NCBI GenBank assembly: GCA_022844165.1 | Contig: JALHMH010000006.1 | Span: 1 to 64,000, forward strand | DNA length: 64,000 bases | DNA from: Lysobacterales bacterium | Lineage (GTDB): Bacteria > Pseudomonadota > Gammaproteobacteria > Xanthomonadales > SZUA-5 | Reading direction: 5' to 3' | In this document: one piece after another, positions 1-10,194 of the stretch | Layout of the letters: each line of letters begins with the position of its first letter | Position numbering within the stretch: the first letter of the stretch is position 1 | Program-made: the position numbers and the translations under genes | Notes under the pieces: model-generated | The model's database searches: none | What the model was told of the DNA's origin: nothing | The model's input: the letters and a program-made list of their open reading frames with translations, nothing else

Positions 1-212
1 GCCCGTCAGCGTAGCTGCCGGGCGCTCGGAGCATCGCGCGCTGCGCGCGCAAACGATGCCCCTCTCCCATTGCGACGACGAGCAACGAAGAGTCCGGCGC
101 AAAGAACGAGCGAGGGCCGTGTTGGCGAGGAAATGGCAGCGAACACTCTGTCAGTACGGCCAACTCGATGATTTCCACGCTGTAACGAAATCAAGCCATT
201 TCATCGCGACCT

Positions 213-246
213 CATGAAATATGCGGGCTAACCCGCATATTTCATG
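213..246. other. Perfect 15-bp inverted repeat with 4-nt loop (terminator or operator candidate)
   Basis: CATGAAATATGCGGG-ctaa-CCCGCATATTTCATG in an AT-rich patch about 200 bp downstream of recQ; no clear U-tract. Confidence 0.5.
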
Positions 247-441
247 TGTTGCGCGACCCACAAGTGTGCGGTGGGCCATGGCTATTTCGCTTGAGCGTGA
301 TGCGGGGCCTCTGTTGTCACTGCCAACACCGCGGCGCCGTGCCGCTGCTGTTTGGGCGATCGCCTGTGGTCTGGCGCAGGTATCGCCTGCGATGTGGCGC
401 ATTGCACTTGTGACTGACGCGGTGCGCCGTGGCTCTTTCGC

Positions 442-2235
442 TCAAGCGTGATGTGGCGCTTCTGCCGTCGTCAGCGCCAGCACCGCGGCGCCGTAACGCT
501 CCAGTTTGGTCGCGCCAACACCGCTGATTTTGGCGAGTTCGGCGATCGACTGTGGTTTGGCGCCAGCGATCGCCTGCAAGGTGGCGTCGTGGAAGATCAC
601 GTAGGCGGGTACGCTTTGTTCGCGCGCGAGTTGTTGGCGCAACGCGCGCAAGCGGCCGAACAGGCCATCATCGACAGCGGCGCCGCTGGTGACCTTGTAG
701 CGCTCGCGTTTGCCGCGGGGTTGATCCAGACGCATGGCGATCGAGGTCTCGCCGCGCAGAAGCGGACGTGCGGCGTCGGTCAGACGCAAGCTGCCGAAGC
801 CACCGTCGTCGACATCCAGATAGCCATGTGCGATGAGCTGACGGAACACACTGCGCCAACGCTTGCTGTCCAGATCCTTGCCGATACCGAATACGCTGAG
901 CGAACCGTGGCGCGCGGTTTTTTCTGTGTGTGCGCCGATCAGCACATCGATCAAGTGCATCACACCGTAGCGTTGGCCGGTACGCCAGACACAGCTCAGC
1001 GCCTTGCGCGATGCCTCTGTGGCGTCCCAGGCTTGCGGCGGGTTCAAACAGTTGTCGCAGTTGCCGCATGGCGGTGTACCGAGCTCGCCGAAATAGCTCA
1101 GCAAAAACTGCCGGCGGCAGCTGACCATTTCTGCATAGGAGAGCAACGCGTCGAGTTTGCGCCGTTCCAGGCGTTTGCGCTCTTCGCCGGCTTCACCACC
1201 GTCGATCATTTGCTTGAGGGTCATGACATCGCCCAGGCCGTACAACAAATAGGCCTCCGCCGGCGCGCCATCGCGTCCTGCCCGGCCGGTTTCCTGGTAG
1301 TAGTTCTCCATCGATTTGGGCAAGTCGATGTGCGCGACGTAGCGCACATCCGGTTTGTCGATGCCCATACCGAAGGCAATCGTCGCGACCATGACGACGC
1401 CATCGTCGCGCAGGAATCGGGTTTGCCGTGCGCTGCGAGTTTTGGCATCCAGGCCGGCGTGATAGGCCAGGGCATCGATCCCGGCTTCCACCAGTGCGGC
1501 GGCGGTTTCGTCGACTTTTTTGCGGCTCAACGCGTAGACGATGCCGTTTTGTCCGCGGCGCTCGCGCAAGAACGTCAGCAGTTGTGCTCTGGCATCGCGT
1601 TTAGGCTCGACGATGTAGCGGATGTTGGGCCGGTCGAAAGACGATACGAATTGCCGGGCATGCGCAAGCGTCAGGTGTTCGACGATTTCGGCCCGCGTTG
1701 GCGTATCGGCGGTCGCGGTGAGCGCGATCCGTGGCACGTTCGGCCAACGTTGGTGCAGCAGTTTGAGTTCGCGGTATTCGGGGCGGAAATCGTGACCCCA
1801 TTGCGATACGCAGTGCGCTTCGTCGATGGCGAACAGTGCGAGCTTCGCCTCAGCCAGCAACTCGAGCGTGCGCGGCGACAACAAGCGCTCCGGGGCGACG
1901 TACAGCAGGTCCAGCTCACCTGCGGTCAAAGCCCGTTCGATCGCAAACGCGGTGCGCGCATCGAGCGCAGAATTCAGACAGGCGGCGCGCACACCGAGCT
2001 GTTGCAGCGCGCTGACCTGGTCGTGCATCAGTGCGATCAGCGGCGATACGACGATCGCTGTGCCGGGCAATAACAGTGCGGGCAACTGATAACACAACGA
2101 CTTGCCGCCGCCCGTCGGCATCAACACCAGTGCATCGCGTCCCGCCAGCAGCTCATCAATGATCGCGCGCTGCGGGCCGCGAAAGGCGTTGAAGCCAAAA
2201 ACGCGCTTTAGCGTGTCGAGAACCGGATCGGTCAC
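442..2235 (-). CDS. recQ: ATP-dependent DNA helicase RecQ
   Basis: [12 protein letters not shown] Walker [37 protein letters not shown], Zn-binding cysteines (CRRQ...CGNCDNC), C-terminal HRDC ([12 protein letters not shown]). Confidence 0.97.
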   Translation of the reverse strand: MTDPVLDTLKRVFGFNAFRGPQRAIIDELLAGRDALVLMPTGGGKSLCYQLPALLLPGTAIVVSPLIALMHDQVSALQQLGVRAACLNSALDARTAFAIERALTAGELDLLYVAPERLLSPRTLELLAEAKLALFAIDEAHCVSQWGHDFRPEYRELKLLHQRWPNVPRIALTATADTPTRAEIVEHLTLAHARQFVSSFDRPNIRYIVEPKRDARAQLLTFLRERRGQNGIVYALSRKKVDETAAALVEAGIDALAYHAGLDAKTRSARQTRFLRDDGVVMVATIAFGMGIDKPDVRYVAHIDLPKSMENYYQETGRAGRDGAPAEAYLLYGLGDVMTLKQMIDGGEAGEERKRLERRKLDALLSYAEMVSCRRQFLLSYFGELGTPPCGNCDNCLNPPQAWDATEASRKALSCVWRTGQRYGVMHLIDVLIGAHTEKTARHGSLSVFGIGKDLDSKRWRSVFRQLIAHGYLDVDDGGFGSLRLTDAARPLLRGETSIAMRLDQPRGKRERYKVTSGAAVDDGLFGRLRALRQQLAREQSVPAYVIFHDATLQAIAGAKPQSIAELAKISGVGATKLERYGAAVLALTTAEAPHHA

Positions 2236-3431
2236 GTTCGCGACACGCGTTCGGCGAGAACGGCGGCGATAGCGAGCAGCACTGCCGCCAGATAAAAACC
2301 GGCACCGGGAACATCAAGCCGGATACCCGTGGCGTACACGTGGGTGAACGTGTACGGTCCGACGATGCCGGCGATGGCAACAACGCCGGCCATCGAGCCT
2401 TGTAAACGGCCTTGTTCATCCGTGCCCACGCGCCGCGTTACAATGGCCTGCAGCGATGGGTTGGCCAGCCCCCAGAGTGCCAGTATCGGCATGACCAGCC
2501 ACAACATCGGCCCGCTGCTCGCCGAGCCGTAGCCGACGAAACCGATTGCTGCCAGCGTCAGGCCGGTGAGCAACGCGCGCCGTTCTCCGAGCCTTGGAAC
2601 GATCTTCCGCACCAGCCCACCTTGCACAATCGCGCTGAGTACGCCGGCGAACGCCAAGGTCAACCCAACCGTTCGCTCATCCCAACCGTAGCGGTGATAG
2701 GCGTACAAGACAAAAGTGGCCGGGAACACCACATGCGCCAGAGCGCTCAGGAAACTCACACTGGCCAGACCCAACACACCCGGCGTGCGCTTCAACCACT
2801 GCAGTGACGCGAAAGGATTGGCACGGCGCCAGGCAAACGCGGCGCGGCGCTCAGTCGGCAACGACTCGGGCAGCACAAAATAGCCGTAACAGAAGTTCGC
2901 CAGACTCAAAGCCGCCGCAACCCAGAACGGCATCCGCGGATCGATGCTGCCCAGAAGCCCACCCGCCGCCGGGCCCAGGATGAAGCCCAGACTGAAGGCC
3001 GCTCCAAGCAAGCCGAAACTCTCGGCTCGTTTGTCCGGTGGTGTGACGTCGGCGATGTAAGCATTCGCGGTGGCGATACTCGCCGAGGTGATGCCCGAAA
3101 GCACCCGACCGATCAGCAACAACGGCAAGGTTTGCGCCAGGGCCATCAAGATGTAGTCGAGTCCGAGCCCGAGATTGCTGAGCAAGATCACCGGCCGGCG
3201 CCCAAAACGATCGGACAGGCTGCCCAGAATCGGCGCGGCAACAAATTGCACCACTGCAAACACTGTTACGAACAGCCCATACAGCGCCGCGCCTTCGGCC
3301 TGGTCTGGGCGAAAGCCGGCGATCAGTGGCGGCAAGACCGGAATCACCAGGCCCATCGCCAACACGTCGAGTGTCACGGTGATGAATATGAAAATGATCG
3401 CCGGACGGCGCGGCGATAGAGTTGGAGACAT
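2232..3431 (-). CDS. TCR/Tet-family MFS transporter
   Basis: Motif [36 protein letters not shown], about 12 hydrophobic segments; start set at ATG 3431 (MSPTLS). Confidence 0.9.
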   Translation of the reverse strand: MSPTLSPRRPAIIFIFITVTLDVLAMGLVIPVLPPLIAGFRPDQAEGAALYGLFVTVFAVVQFVAAPILGSLSDRFGRRPVILLSNLGLGLDYILMALAQTLPLLLIGRVLSGITSASIATANAYIADVTPPDKRAESFGLLGAAFSLGFILGPAAGGLLGSIDPRMPFWVAAALSLANFCYGYFVLPESLPTERRAAFAWRRANPFASLQWLKRTPGVLGLASVSFLSALAHVVFPATFVLYAYHRYGWDERTVGLTLAFAGVLSAIVQGGLVRKIVPRLGERRALLTGLTLAAIGFVGYGSASSGPMLWLVMPILALWGLANPSLQAIVTRRVGTDEQGRLQGSMAGVVAIAGIVGPYTFTHVYATGIRLDVPGAGFYLAAVLLAIAAVLAERVSRT

Positions 3432-3525
3432 CGGATGGCACAGCGCTTGACGTTGCGGCGGAGAATAGCGGAGCGCCTGGGTTTGGACTGTGGCAACATT
3501 CCCCGTCCGACGGCGGAGCTGCAAG

Positions 3526-4119
3526 ATGACCACAGAAAACCCCTATGCAGCGCCGGTCGCTGTCGCGCACGACTCTGATACCTCAAGTCAGCACTACTAC
3601 GTCGTGGCTTCGAGGAAATTTCTGGTCATGATGGTGGGCACCATGGCCTTGTACAGCTTGTACTGGTTTTACCGCCAGTGGGCGGGGCTCAAACAACGCT
3701 TCAAGAGCGATATCTGGCCGATACCGCGCGCCATCTTCAATGTGTTCTTCACGCACTCGCTTTTTGCCCAGGTCGACAACGACATGCGTGCCCAGGGGCA
3801 CAAAATCAACTGGATGCCGGGCGCCATGGCTACGCTTTATGTTGTGTGCGCCATCGCCACGCGAGTATTCGATCGGCTTGGCGCCAAGCAGGAGGCGCTC
3901 CATTGGTTCGATTTCGCCAGCTTTCCGCTGCTCGTGCCGATCGTGTGGTCGTTGTGGACCGCGCAACAAGCGATCAACCTCGCCGAGAACGATCCCGCAG
4001 GACAGAGCAACGCGCATTTTACGGCCGCGAATATCGTTTGGCTGGTCTTAGGCGGGCTGGTTTGGTTGCTGAGCCTGATCGGGCTCTACGCACTGCTGGT
4101 GGGTATCCCAGGCGTTTGA
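3526..4119 (+). CDS. Membrane protein with N-terminal NPYAAP motif (DUF4234-like)
   Basis: ENPYAAP, LYSLYWFYRQW, IWPIPRAIF, several TM segments. Confidence 0.7.
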   Translation: MTTENPYAAPVAVAHDSDTSSQHYYVVASRKFLVMMVGTMALYSLYWFYRQWAGLKQRFKSDIWPIPRAIFNVFFTHSLFAQVDNDMRAQGHKINWMPGAMATLYVVCAIATRVFDRLGAKQEALHWFDFASFPLLVPIVWSLWTAQQAINLAENDPAGQSNAHFTAANIVWLVLGGLVWLLSLIGLYALLVGIPGV

Positions 4120-4142
4120 CGGAACGGCGGCCTGACCAGCCC

Positions 4143-4496
4143 TCAGGCATCGCGCAACTGGTCGAGCGTCACCACGCCGAGCGTATTCAGATGCGTCGCT
4201 TCCAAGACCACGGGCGGGGCAACGCCAGCGTGGTAGGCCTCGCGCCAACGGGTTGCGCACACACACCAACGATCGCCTGGGAGCAGGCCGGGAAATTCGT
4301 ACTCGGGCCGCGGCGTCGACAAATCGTTGCCGACGGCTTTCGAGAACGCGAGGAATTCTTCCGTGACCACGGAACATACCCAATGCATGCCACGATCGCT
4401 GCTATCGGAGCGACAGCAGCCGTCGCGGAACCAGCCAGTTTTGGGTTCGGCGCTGCACAACTGAAGCGGCGTGCCCAATACGTTGAGTTCGCTCAT
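4143..4496 (-). CDS. DUF2237 family protein
   Basis: NVLGTPLQLCS..TGWFRDGCC, GNDLSTPRPEYEFPGLLPGDRWCVCATRW; the ORF-track extension to 5633 overlaps the RND gene. Confidence 0.9.
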   Translation of the reverse strand: MSELNVLGTPLQLCSAEPKTGWFRDGCCRSDSSDRGMHWVCSVVTEEFLAFSKAVGNDLSTPRPEYEFPGLLPGDRWCVCATRWREAYHAGVAPPVVLEATHLNTLGVVTLDQLRDA

Positions 4497-4522
4497 GCGG
4501 TCGGTCCCTGTTCTGAAGACGC

Positions 4523-7500
4523 CTATCGTACCATCGGGGTGGTCTCTTCCAGACGCGCGATTTCGCGCGTCAGCGCCTCCGGCGAGCGCGTGAACCGCGC
4601 CAACAGACGATAGAACGCCGGCACCACAAACAGCGTCAGGAATGTGGCGAGCGCAACGCCTGCCGCAATCACAAGGCCAATCGTGAACCGCGAGTTGGAG
4701 CCAGCCCCGGTCGCAAATACCAGCGGCATCGCGCCTGCGGCGGTGGCAATGCTGGTCATCAGAATGGGGCGCAATCGCAGTATTGAAGCATCGATGATCG
4801 CCTCGTCGATGTTTTTTCCAGCGTCGCGCAATTGGTTGGCAAACTCGACGATCAGGATGCCGTTTTTCGTTGCGATACCAATCAAAATGACGATGCCGAT
4901 CTGGCTGTAGAGATTCAAGGTCGCGCCGAACGTCGACAAACCCAGGCTGGCAGCGATGAGGCCCCATCCCCATAACGCGAGCAGCGCGCCGAGCACCGCA
5001 AGCGGCACCGTGAGCATGATCACAAGGGGATGCACAAAACTCTCGAATTGCGCCGCGAGAACCAGAAACACCACGAGCATCGCCAGCGCGAAGGTCAGCA
5101 AAATCGTATCGCCGCTGGTCAGATAGTCGCGCGACTCGCCGCGATAGTCGATTTGCGCCGAAGGCGGTAGCTCCTCCCTCGCGATTTGATCCAGATCGGC
5201 AAGTGCCTGCCCCAGGGAATAGCCTGGCGCCAGACGCGCGGTGATCGTGATCGAACGAATGCGGTTGAAGCGCTCCAGCTCGCCGGAGTCCGCCAGTTCC
5301 TTGAGCGTGACCAGATTGCCGAGAGGGATGAGTTGCCCGCTGTGTTCGCTGCGCACGTACATCTGGCTCAGGTCTTGCGGATCCGCGCGATCGGCGCGCC
5401 CGGCTTGCAGGATCACGTCGTACTCTTCGCCGTCGCGCTCGAAGGTTGTCGCGCGGCGCGAGCCGAGCATCGTCTCCAACGTCGAACCGATGGCTTCGGC
5501 GGAAACACCAAGATCCGCGGCGCGCGCATGGTCGATCTCGACCCGAAGTTGCGGCCGGGTTTCTTTGTAGTCGGTATCCACGCCGACCAGTCCGGGAATC
5601 TGTTCTGCGCGGGCGAGCATTTTGTCGCGCCACTGCGCGAGCGTTGGATAGTCCGGTCCACCGATCACGAACTGTACCGGCTGCCCGCCGCCGCCGCGCG
5701 ACAAACCGCCGCGCATGACCACAAAGGAGCGCACGCCTGGAATGGTGTCGAGTTCTGCCTGCAGCCGCTGTTGAATAGAAAATGCATCCGGGCGCTCGCC
5801 CCAGGGCTTCAGGAACAACAACGCTTGCGCGGTGTGCATATCCTCACTGGTTGCTCCGCCGAAGCCGCGCGGCGCGCGCACGATGACACGTGTGGCAACG
5901 CCATCGTCGACCAGCTTCATCAGCCGCTCTTCGACCTTCAACGCCTGCGCAACGGTGTAGTCGAATCCGGCGCCTTCCGGGCCGTTGATCGTAATAAAGA
6001 ACGAGCCCTGATCCTCTGGCGGTGTGAGTTCCTTGGGGATCGCCGTGTAGAGCGCGGCGCTGGCGCCGATAGCGCCGAGCACGATCAGCGCATAGATCCA
6101 GACGTGCCCAATGCTGTGGGTCAGCGCCTTGCGATAGAAGGCTTCGAAGCGCCGGAACGCGCCGTCGACCCATCTGGCAAATCCGGTGTGGGCATCGCTC
6201 TTGACCAGCAACTTGCTGCACATGGTCGCCGAAAGACTAAGTGCGACGAGCGAGGAGATCGCAACAGCAGTCGACAACGCGACCCCAAGCTCGCGGAACA
6301 ACACGCCCAGATTGCCCTGCAAGAACGCAATCGGCAGAAACACCGCAACCAGCACTGCGGTGGTTGCGATCACGGCGAACGCGACTTGATTGGTCCCGCG
6401 TTCGGCAGCGATCAGCGCCGGTTCGCCCAAATCCACGCGGCGCTGGCAGTTTTCCAGCACCACAATCGCGTCGTCGACGACCAGGCCAATACACAGCACC
6501 AGTGCCAGCAGCGTGATCAGATTGATTGAGAAGCCAAAGGCGTACAGGCCAATAAACGTGCCGATGACGCAGATGGGAATGGTCACCGCCGGAATCAACG
6601 CGGCGCGCCAGCTGCCGAGGAACAGGTAGATCACAGCGATCACCATCAACATGGTGATGCTGAGGGTGAAGTACACCTCGTGAATCGCCGAGTCGATGTA
6701 CATCGAGGTATCGAAGGCGACCACCAGTTGCATGTCGGCTGGGAGCGTGGGCGCAATCTTCTCGACTTCGGCTCTGACCGCTTGCGCCACGGCCACAGTA
6801 TTGGCGGTGGACTGTTTGACGATGCCCAGGCCGATTTGCTCGCGGCCGTTGCCGCGGATGAGATTGCGTCGCTCGACACTGGCCAGCTCCACCCGCGCCA
6901 CTTCGCCCAGACGGATGACGTGGCCATCGCTGCCTTTGGCCAAAGGCAACGATGCGAATTGATCCTGCTCTCGATAGCTGCGATCGATGCGCACGGTAAA
7001 GTCGCGTTGCGCTGATTCGACCTGCCCCGCCGGTAATTCAACGTTCTCGCGGCGCAAGGCCGAAACGACGTCCTGCACCGTCAAACCCCGTGCGGCGAGC
7101 GCGCTGCGGTCGAGCCAGACGCGCATCGCGTAACGCTGTCGGCCGCCGACGGTCACATTCGCCACGCCCGGCATCGTTGACACGCGATCGACCAGATAGC
7201 GTTCGGCGTAGTCGGTCAAGGCCAGCATATCCAGCGAATCGCTGGCCAGATTGAGCCACAGGATGGGCTGCGCATCGGCATCGATTTTTGCGACTTGTGG
7301 TGCGTCGAGTTCCGGCGGCAATTGCGACAACACACGGCTGACCGCGTCGCGCACGTCGTTGGTTGCCGCTTCGATATCGCGCCCGAGGCGGAACTGGACC
7401 GTGACGCCGGAGCGACCGTTATCGCTCGAAGAAGAGATGGTTTCGATGCCCTCGATGCCACTCACCGCGTCTTCGACGATCTGCGTGATGCGCGTTTCGA

Positions 7501-7675
7501 CCACCGCCGCTGAAGCGCCCCGGTAACTGGTGCTCACGGAGACGATGGGTGGGTCGACGTCCGGCAATTCGCGTAACGGCAAGTTTACGAACGAGGCGAT
7601 ACCGCAGGCAATGAGTAGCAGCGACATCACCGTGGCCAGCACCGGGCGCCGGATGGACAGGTCTGAAATGCTCAT
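4523..7675 (-). CDS. Efflux RND transporter permease (AcrB/MexW-like)
   Basis: 1050 aa; SIRRPV start, GLVVDDAIVVLEN, KNGILIVEFA, RLRPILMTS. Confidence 0.96.
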   Translation of the reverse strand: MSISDLSIRRPVLATVMSLLLIACGIASFVNLPLRELPDVDPPIVSVSTSYRGASAAVVETRITQIVEDAVSGIEGIETISSSSDNGRSGVTVQFRLGRDIEAATNDVRDAVSRVLSQLPPELDAPQVAKIDADAQPILWLNLASDSLDMLALTDYAERYLVDRVSTMPGVANVTVGGRQRYAMRVWLDRSALAARGLTVQDVVSALRRENVELPAGQVESAQRDFTVRIDRSYREQDQFASLPLAKGSDGHVIRLGEVARVELASVERRNLIRGNGREQIGLGIVKQSTANTVAVAQAVRAEVEKIAPTLPADMQLVVAFDTSMYIDSAIHEVYFTLSITMLMVIAVIYLFLGSWRAALIPAVTIPICVIGTFIGLYAFGFSINLITLLALVLCIGLVVDDAIVVLENCQRRVDLGEPALIAAERGTNQVAFAVIATTAVLVAVFLPIAFLQGNLGVLFRELGVALSTAVAISSLVALSLSATMCSKLLVKSDAHTGFARWVDGAFRRFEAFYRKALTHSIGHVWIYALIVLGAIGASAALYTAIPKELTPPEDQGSFFITINGPEGAGFDYTVAQALKVEERLMKLVDDGVATRVIVRAPRGFGGATSEDMHTAQALLFLKPWGERPDAFSIQQRLQAELDTIPGVRSFVVMRGGLSRGGGGQPVQFVIGGPDYPTLAQWRDKMLARAEQIPGLVGVDTDYKETRPQLRVEIDHARAADLGVSAEAIGSTLETMLGSRRATTFERDGEEYDVILQAGRADRADPQDLSQMYVRSEHSGQLIPLGNLVTLKELADSGELERFNRIRSITITARLAPGYSLGQALADLDQIAREELPPSAQIDYRGESRDYLTSGDTILLTFALAMLVVFLVLAAQFESFVHPLVIMLTVPLAVLGALLALWGWGLIAASLGLSTFGATLNLYSQIGIVILIGIATKNGILIVEFANQLRDAGKNIDEAIIDASILRLRPILMTSIATAAGAMPLVFATGAGSNSRFTIGLVIAAGVALATFLTLFVVPAFYRLLARFTRSPEALTREIARLEETTPMVR

Positions 7676-8721
7676 GTGGCGGGCTCCTCCACCACTTGCA
7701 CCGGTGCCCCATCGCGCATGCGCACCAGCCCATCGGTCACGATCCGATCGCCCTCTTCAAGGCCCTCCAGGATCTCGACCTCGCCGCTGCGCCGCGCGCC
7801 AATACGCACATCAGTTTCTTGTGCCTTGTTGTCGTTGACGCGATAGACGAACATGCGTTCGCGCACCGCCGATAACGACACTTCTGGTATCGACAGCGAT
7901 TCGCGTGGGCGATTGAGCACCTCCACCGCCAGCAACATGCCGGGTTTCAGGGCGCCGTCGGTGTTGGGCAATTCAGCCCGGACCGTGATCGATCGCGTCA
8001 CCGCATCGACTCGCGGCGACAAGGACGTTACCTTGCCGGCAAACCTGCGGTCGCCGTAAGCGGCGCCTGTGGCTTCGATGTCCTGACCAGGCGCGAGCGC
8101 CGTCAGAAAGGTCTCCGGCACCGAAAAATCGAGCTTGATCACCGACAAGTCGTCGAGTGTTGCGATGACCGTGCCCGGTTGAACAAAAGTCCCCGGGCTC
8201 ACCGCGCGAAATCCGAGCACGCCGGCGAATGGCGCTGTCACGACGCGATCCTGCAGGCGCACGCGGATGGCTTCCATTCGTGCTCGCGCCGAATCCCGCG
8301 CGGCGAGTTGTTGATCCACCTGACTTTGCGTCACTGTGCCTTGTTTGACCAGACCCGCGAGGCGATCGTATTGCTGCTGCGCTTCAACAGTCGCCGCCTG
8401 CGCTTCTTTCAGCTGCGCGACCTCGGCGCGATCGGTCATTTCGACCAATACCGCGCCTGCTTCGACGCGCTGACCATCATCGAAATTGACGCGGGCGACG
8501 GTCTCGGCCGTTTTTGCTGTCAAGGTCACAGACTCATTGGCGCGTGCGGTACCGAGCGCCTGGATACGGTCGATCCAGGGCTTCTTCTGCACGACTTGCA
8601 CATGCACGGGTTGCGGCTTACCGCCACCCGGCGGGCCCGACGGCCGGTTCTGGCCGTCGTCCTGCCCACAAGCGACGAGCGCGCCCGCGATGAGCACCGC
8701 GAAGAGTCTGATCAGATTCAT
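7672..8721 (-). CDS. RND periplasmic adaptor (membrane fusion protein), probable lipoprotein
   Basis: LVAC lipobox, VTAPFAGVLG, LKPGM, GLEEGDRIVTDG; overlaps the RND start; AAGGA SD upstream. Confidence 0.92.
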   Translation of the reverse strand: MNLIRLFAVLIAGALVACGQDDGQNRPSGPPGGGKPQPVHVQVVQKKPWIDRIQALGTARANESVTLTAKTAETVARVNFDDGQRVEAGAVLVEMTDRAEVAQLKEAQAATVEAQQQYDRLAGLVKQGTVTQSQVDQQLAARDSARARMEAIRVRLQDRVVTAPFAGVLGFRAVSPGTFVQPGTVIATLDDLSVIKLDFSVPETFLTALAPGQDIEATGAAYGDRRFAGKVTSLSPRVDAVTRSITVRAELPNTDGALKPGMLLAVEVLNRPRESLSIPEVSLSAVRERMFVYRVNDNKAQETDVRIGARRSGEVEILEGLEEGDRIVTDGLVRMRDGAPVQVVEEPAT

Positions 8722-8727
8722 AGGCTG

Positions 8728-8892
8728 GAGTCCTTGGCGGCGCGGGATCTGTACACGTGAGTCAGAATTTTCATGGGAGTGCCTTGGCCTTGTGCAGCCC
8801 CTTAAGCCAAGAGGCGCACAAAGCACGGGTTGTCGCAAGTATGCTGTCGACCGAAACCAACGACGCTCGTCGGTGTTGAGGCGTAGCCTCGC
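8728..8892 (-). repeat. Modular palindromic repeat, A+C copy (diverged)
   Basis: Matches 59302-59483 and 45570-45815: GCGAGGCTACGCCTC hairpin, CCTCTTGGCTTAAGGGG hairpin, AATTCTGACTCA, ...CAAGGACTC. Confidence 0.8.
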
Positions 8893-9229
8893 AACATTTC
8901 ACAAAAGTGAAGTCCCGGAGTTTAGCGCGGAGCGCTGTGAAGAGCGTGCGCTGGCGGCGTGCAAGCGGCGAACAATAGTGCCCGGCCCGGCCGTCATCCA
9001 AAACTGAACGGCGCGTCGTAGCCACCTTTCAGCGTTTGCGCTCCGTGAAAGCGCCGCGATAGAGTTCGCGCCCGCCTGCCCAGCGGGCCAGCCGTAACGA
9101 TCCTTGCGACCATTCATTCGGTTGCCTGAATCATGGGCCAAACCGAATTCTCTAACGCCTGCCCCTGCCTCTCCGCTCGTCGGCGAGGACCTGAGTATCA
9201 AAACAACTCAACACTTTAAAGGACCATTC

Positions 9230-10171
9230 ATGACCGTCATTCGCCACTCACTGATTGCGCTGCTCTGTTCTGCGGCGTTGCTCGCCGGTTGTGGCGACAA
9301 GGAAACAACCGCGCCGGCAGCGCCTGCGGCACAGAAAGCCACGCCGGCGCTCGCCGATGCTGCTGGCGTGTTCAATCAGCAGATTGCGGCCTTCAAAGCC
9401 AACGATGTCAAAACCATGTTGATGGCGGCCGTGCCCGCCAAAGATATCGACGAAATGAAGGCGGAGTGGGACAAGAAACGCGCCGAACCGATGACGGAAG
9501 ATCAGAAAAAAGAGTTCGCCGACAGTTGGGGAAAGATCATTGCCGCCGATGGTGTTGACCAGATCATGAAGGAACTGGAACCGCAGCTGGCCGAAATGAA
9601 GCCGCAGATGGCCGGCCTGATGGCCATGATGCAGGGCATGGCCACCATGAGCATCCAACAGAACACCGACCTGACCGATGCCCAAAAAGCGCAGGCAACG
9701 CAATTCATGACCGGGCTGAGCGGTTGGCTGAACAAGACCGATTTCACCGATCCGGCATTGACGCGCTCGGCGCTCACCGCGTTGGCAGACGGCCTGCGCG
9801 CGACGGGCGTGACCACACTGGAGCAGATCAACGCGAAAAGTTTCGACGAGGTATTGGCCTTGGGTGGCCAGATTCTGGTCGGCGTCAAAGGCGCGCTGAA
9901 CGCTTACGGACTCTCGCTGGACGACATCGCGGGCAGCATGAAAGCCACACAACTTAGCGCCGAAGGCGACCTTGCGAAGCTGAAGGTTGACTACTCGCTG
10001 TTTGGTGCACCGCTCAGTTTCGAGAGCGAGATGAAGCAGCAGGATGGCCGCTGGTACAGCAAAGATATGTTAGAGCAGGTGGAGAAAGTGGCCGCCGAGG
10101 ATGGCGAGCCCGTCGACGGCAGCGATGAGGGCGACGATAGCGACACGGAAGCGACCGAACAGCAACCCTAA
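9230..10171 (+). CDS. Uncharacterized lipoprotein
   Basis: AAAGGA SD, LLAGC lipobox, helical body, acidic C-terminal tail. Confidence 0.8.
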   Translation: MTVIRHSLIALLCSAALLAGCGDKETTAPAAPAAQKATPALADAAGVFNQQIAAFKANDVKTMLMAAVPAKDIDEMKAEWDKKRAEPMTEDQKKEFADSWGKIIAADGVDQIMKELEPQLAEMKPQMAGLMAMMQGMATMSIQQNTDLTDAQKAQATQFMTGLSGWLNKTDFTDPALTRSALTALADGLRATGVTTLEQINAKSFDEVLALGGQILVGVKGALNAYGLSLDDIAGSMKATQLSAEGDLAKLKVDYSLFGAPLSFESEMKQQDGRWYSKDMLEQVEKVAAEDGEPVDGSDEGDDSDTEATEQQP

Positions 10172-10194
10172 GCGATCCGCACAGGGGCGATGGT

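Noticed and set aside
448-2073. Long antisense ORFs (e.g. 448-2073, 5186-6529, 41038-43032, 52548-54398)
   Set aside because: They mirror well-supported genes on the opposite strand; long stop-free antisense frames are expected in high-GC coding DNA and show no motifs.
2232-3431. Acquired tetracycline resistance gene
   Set aside because: No tetR or mobile context; coupled to recQ with host-like composition; substrate cannot be inferred from sequence.
4497-5633. 496-aa ORF suggesting a long DUF2237 fusion
   Set aside because: The upstream part is an alternative frame of the RND gene; only 4143-4496 is family-like.
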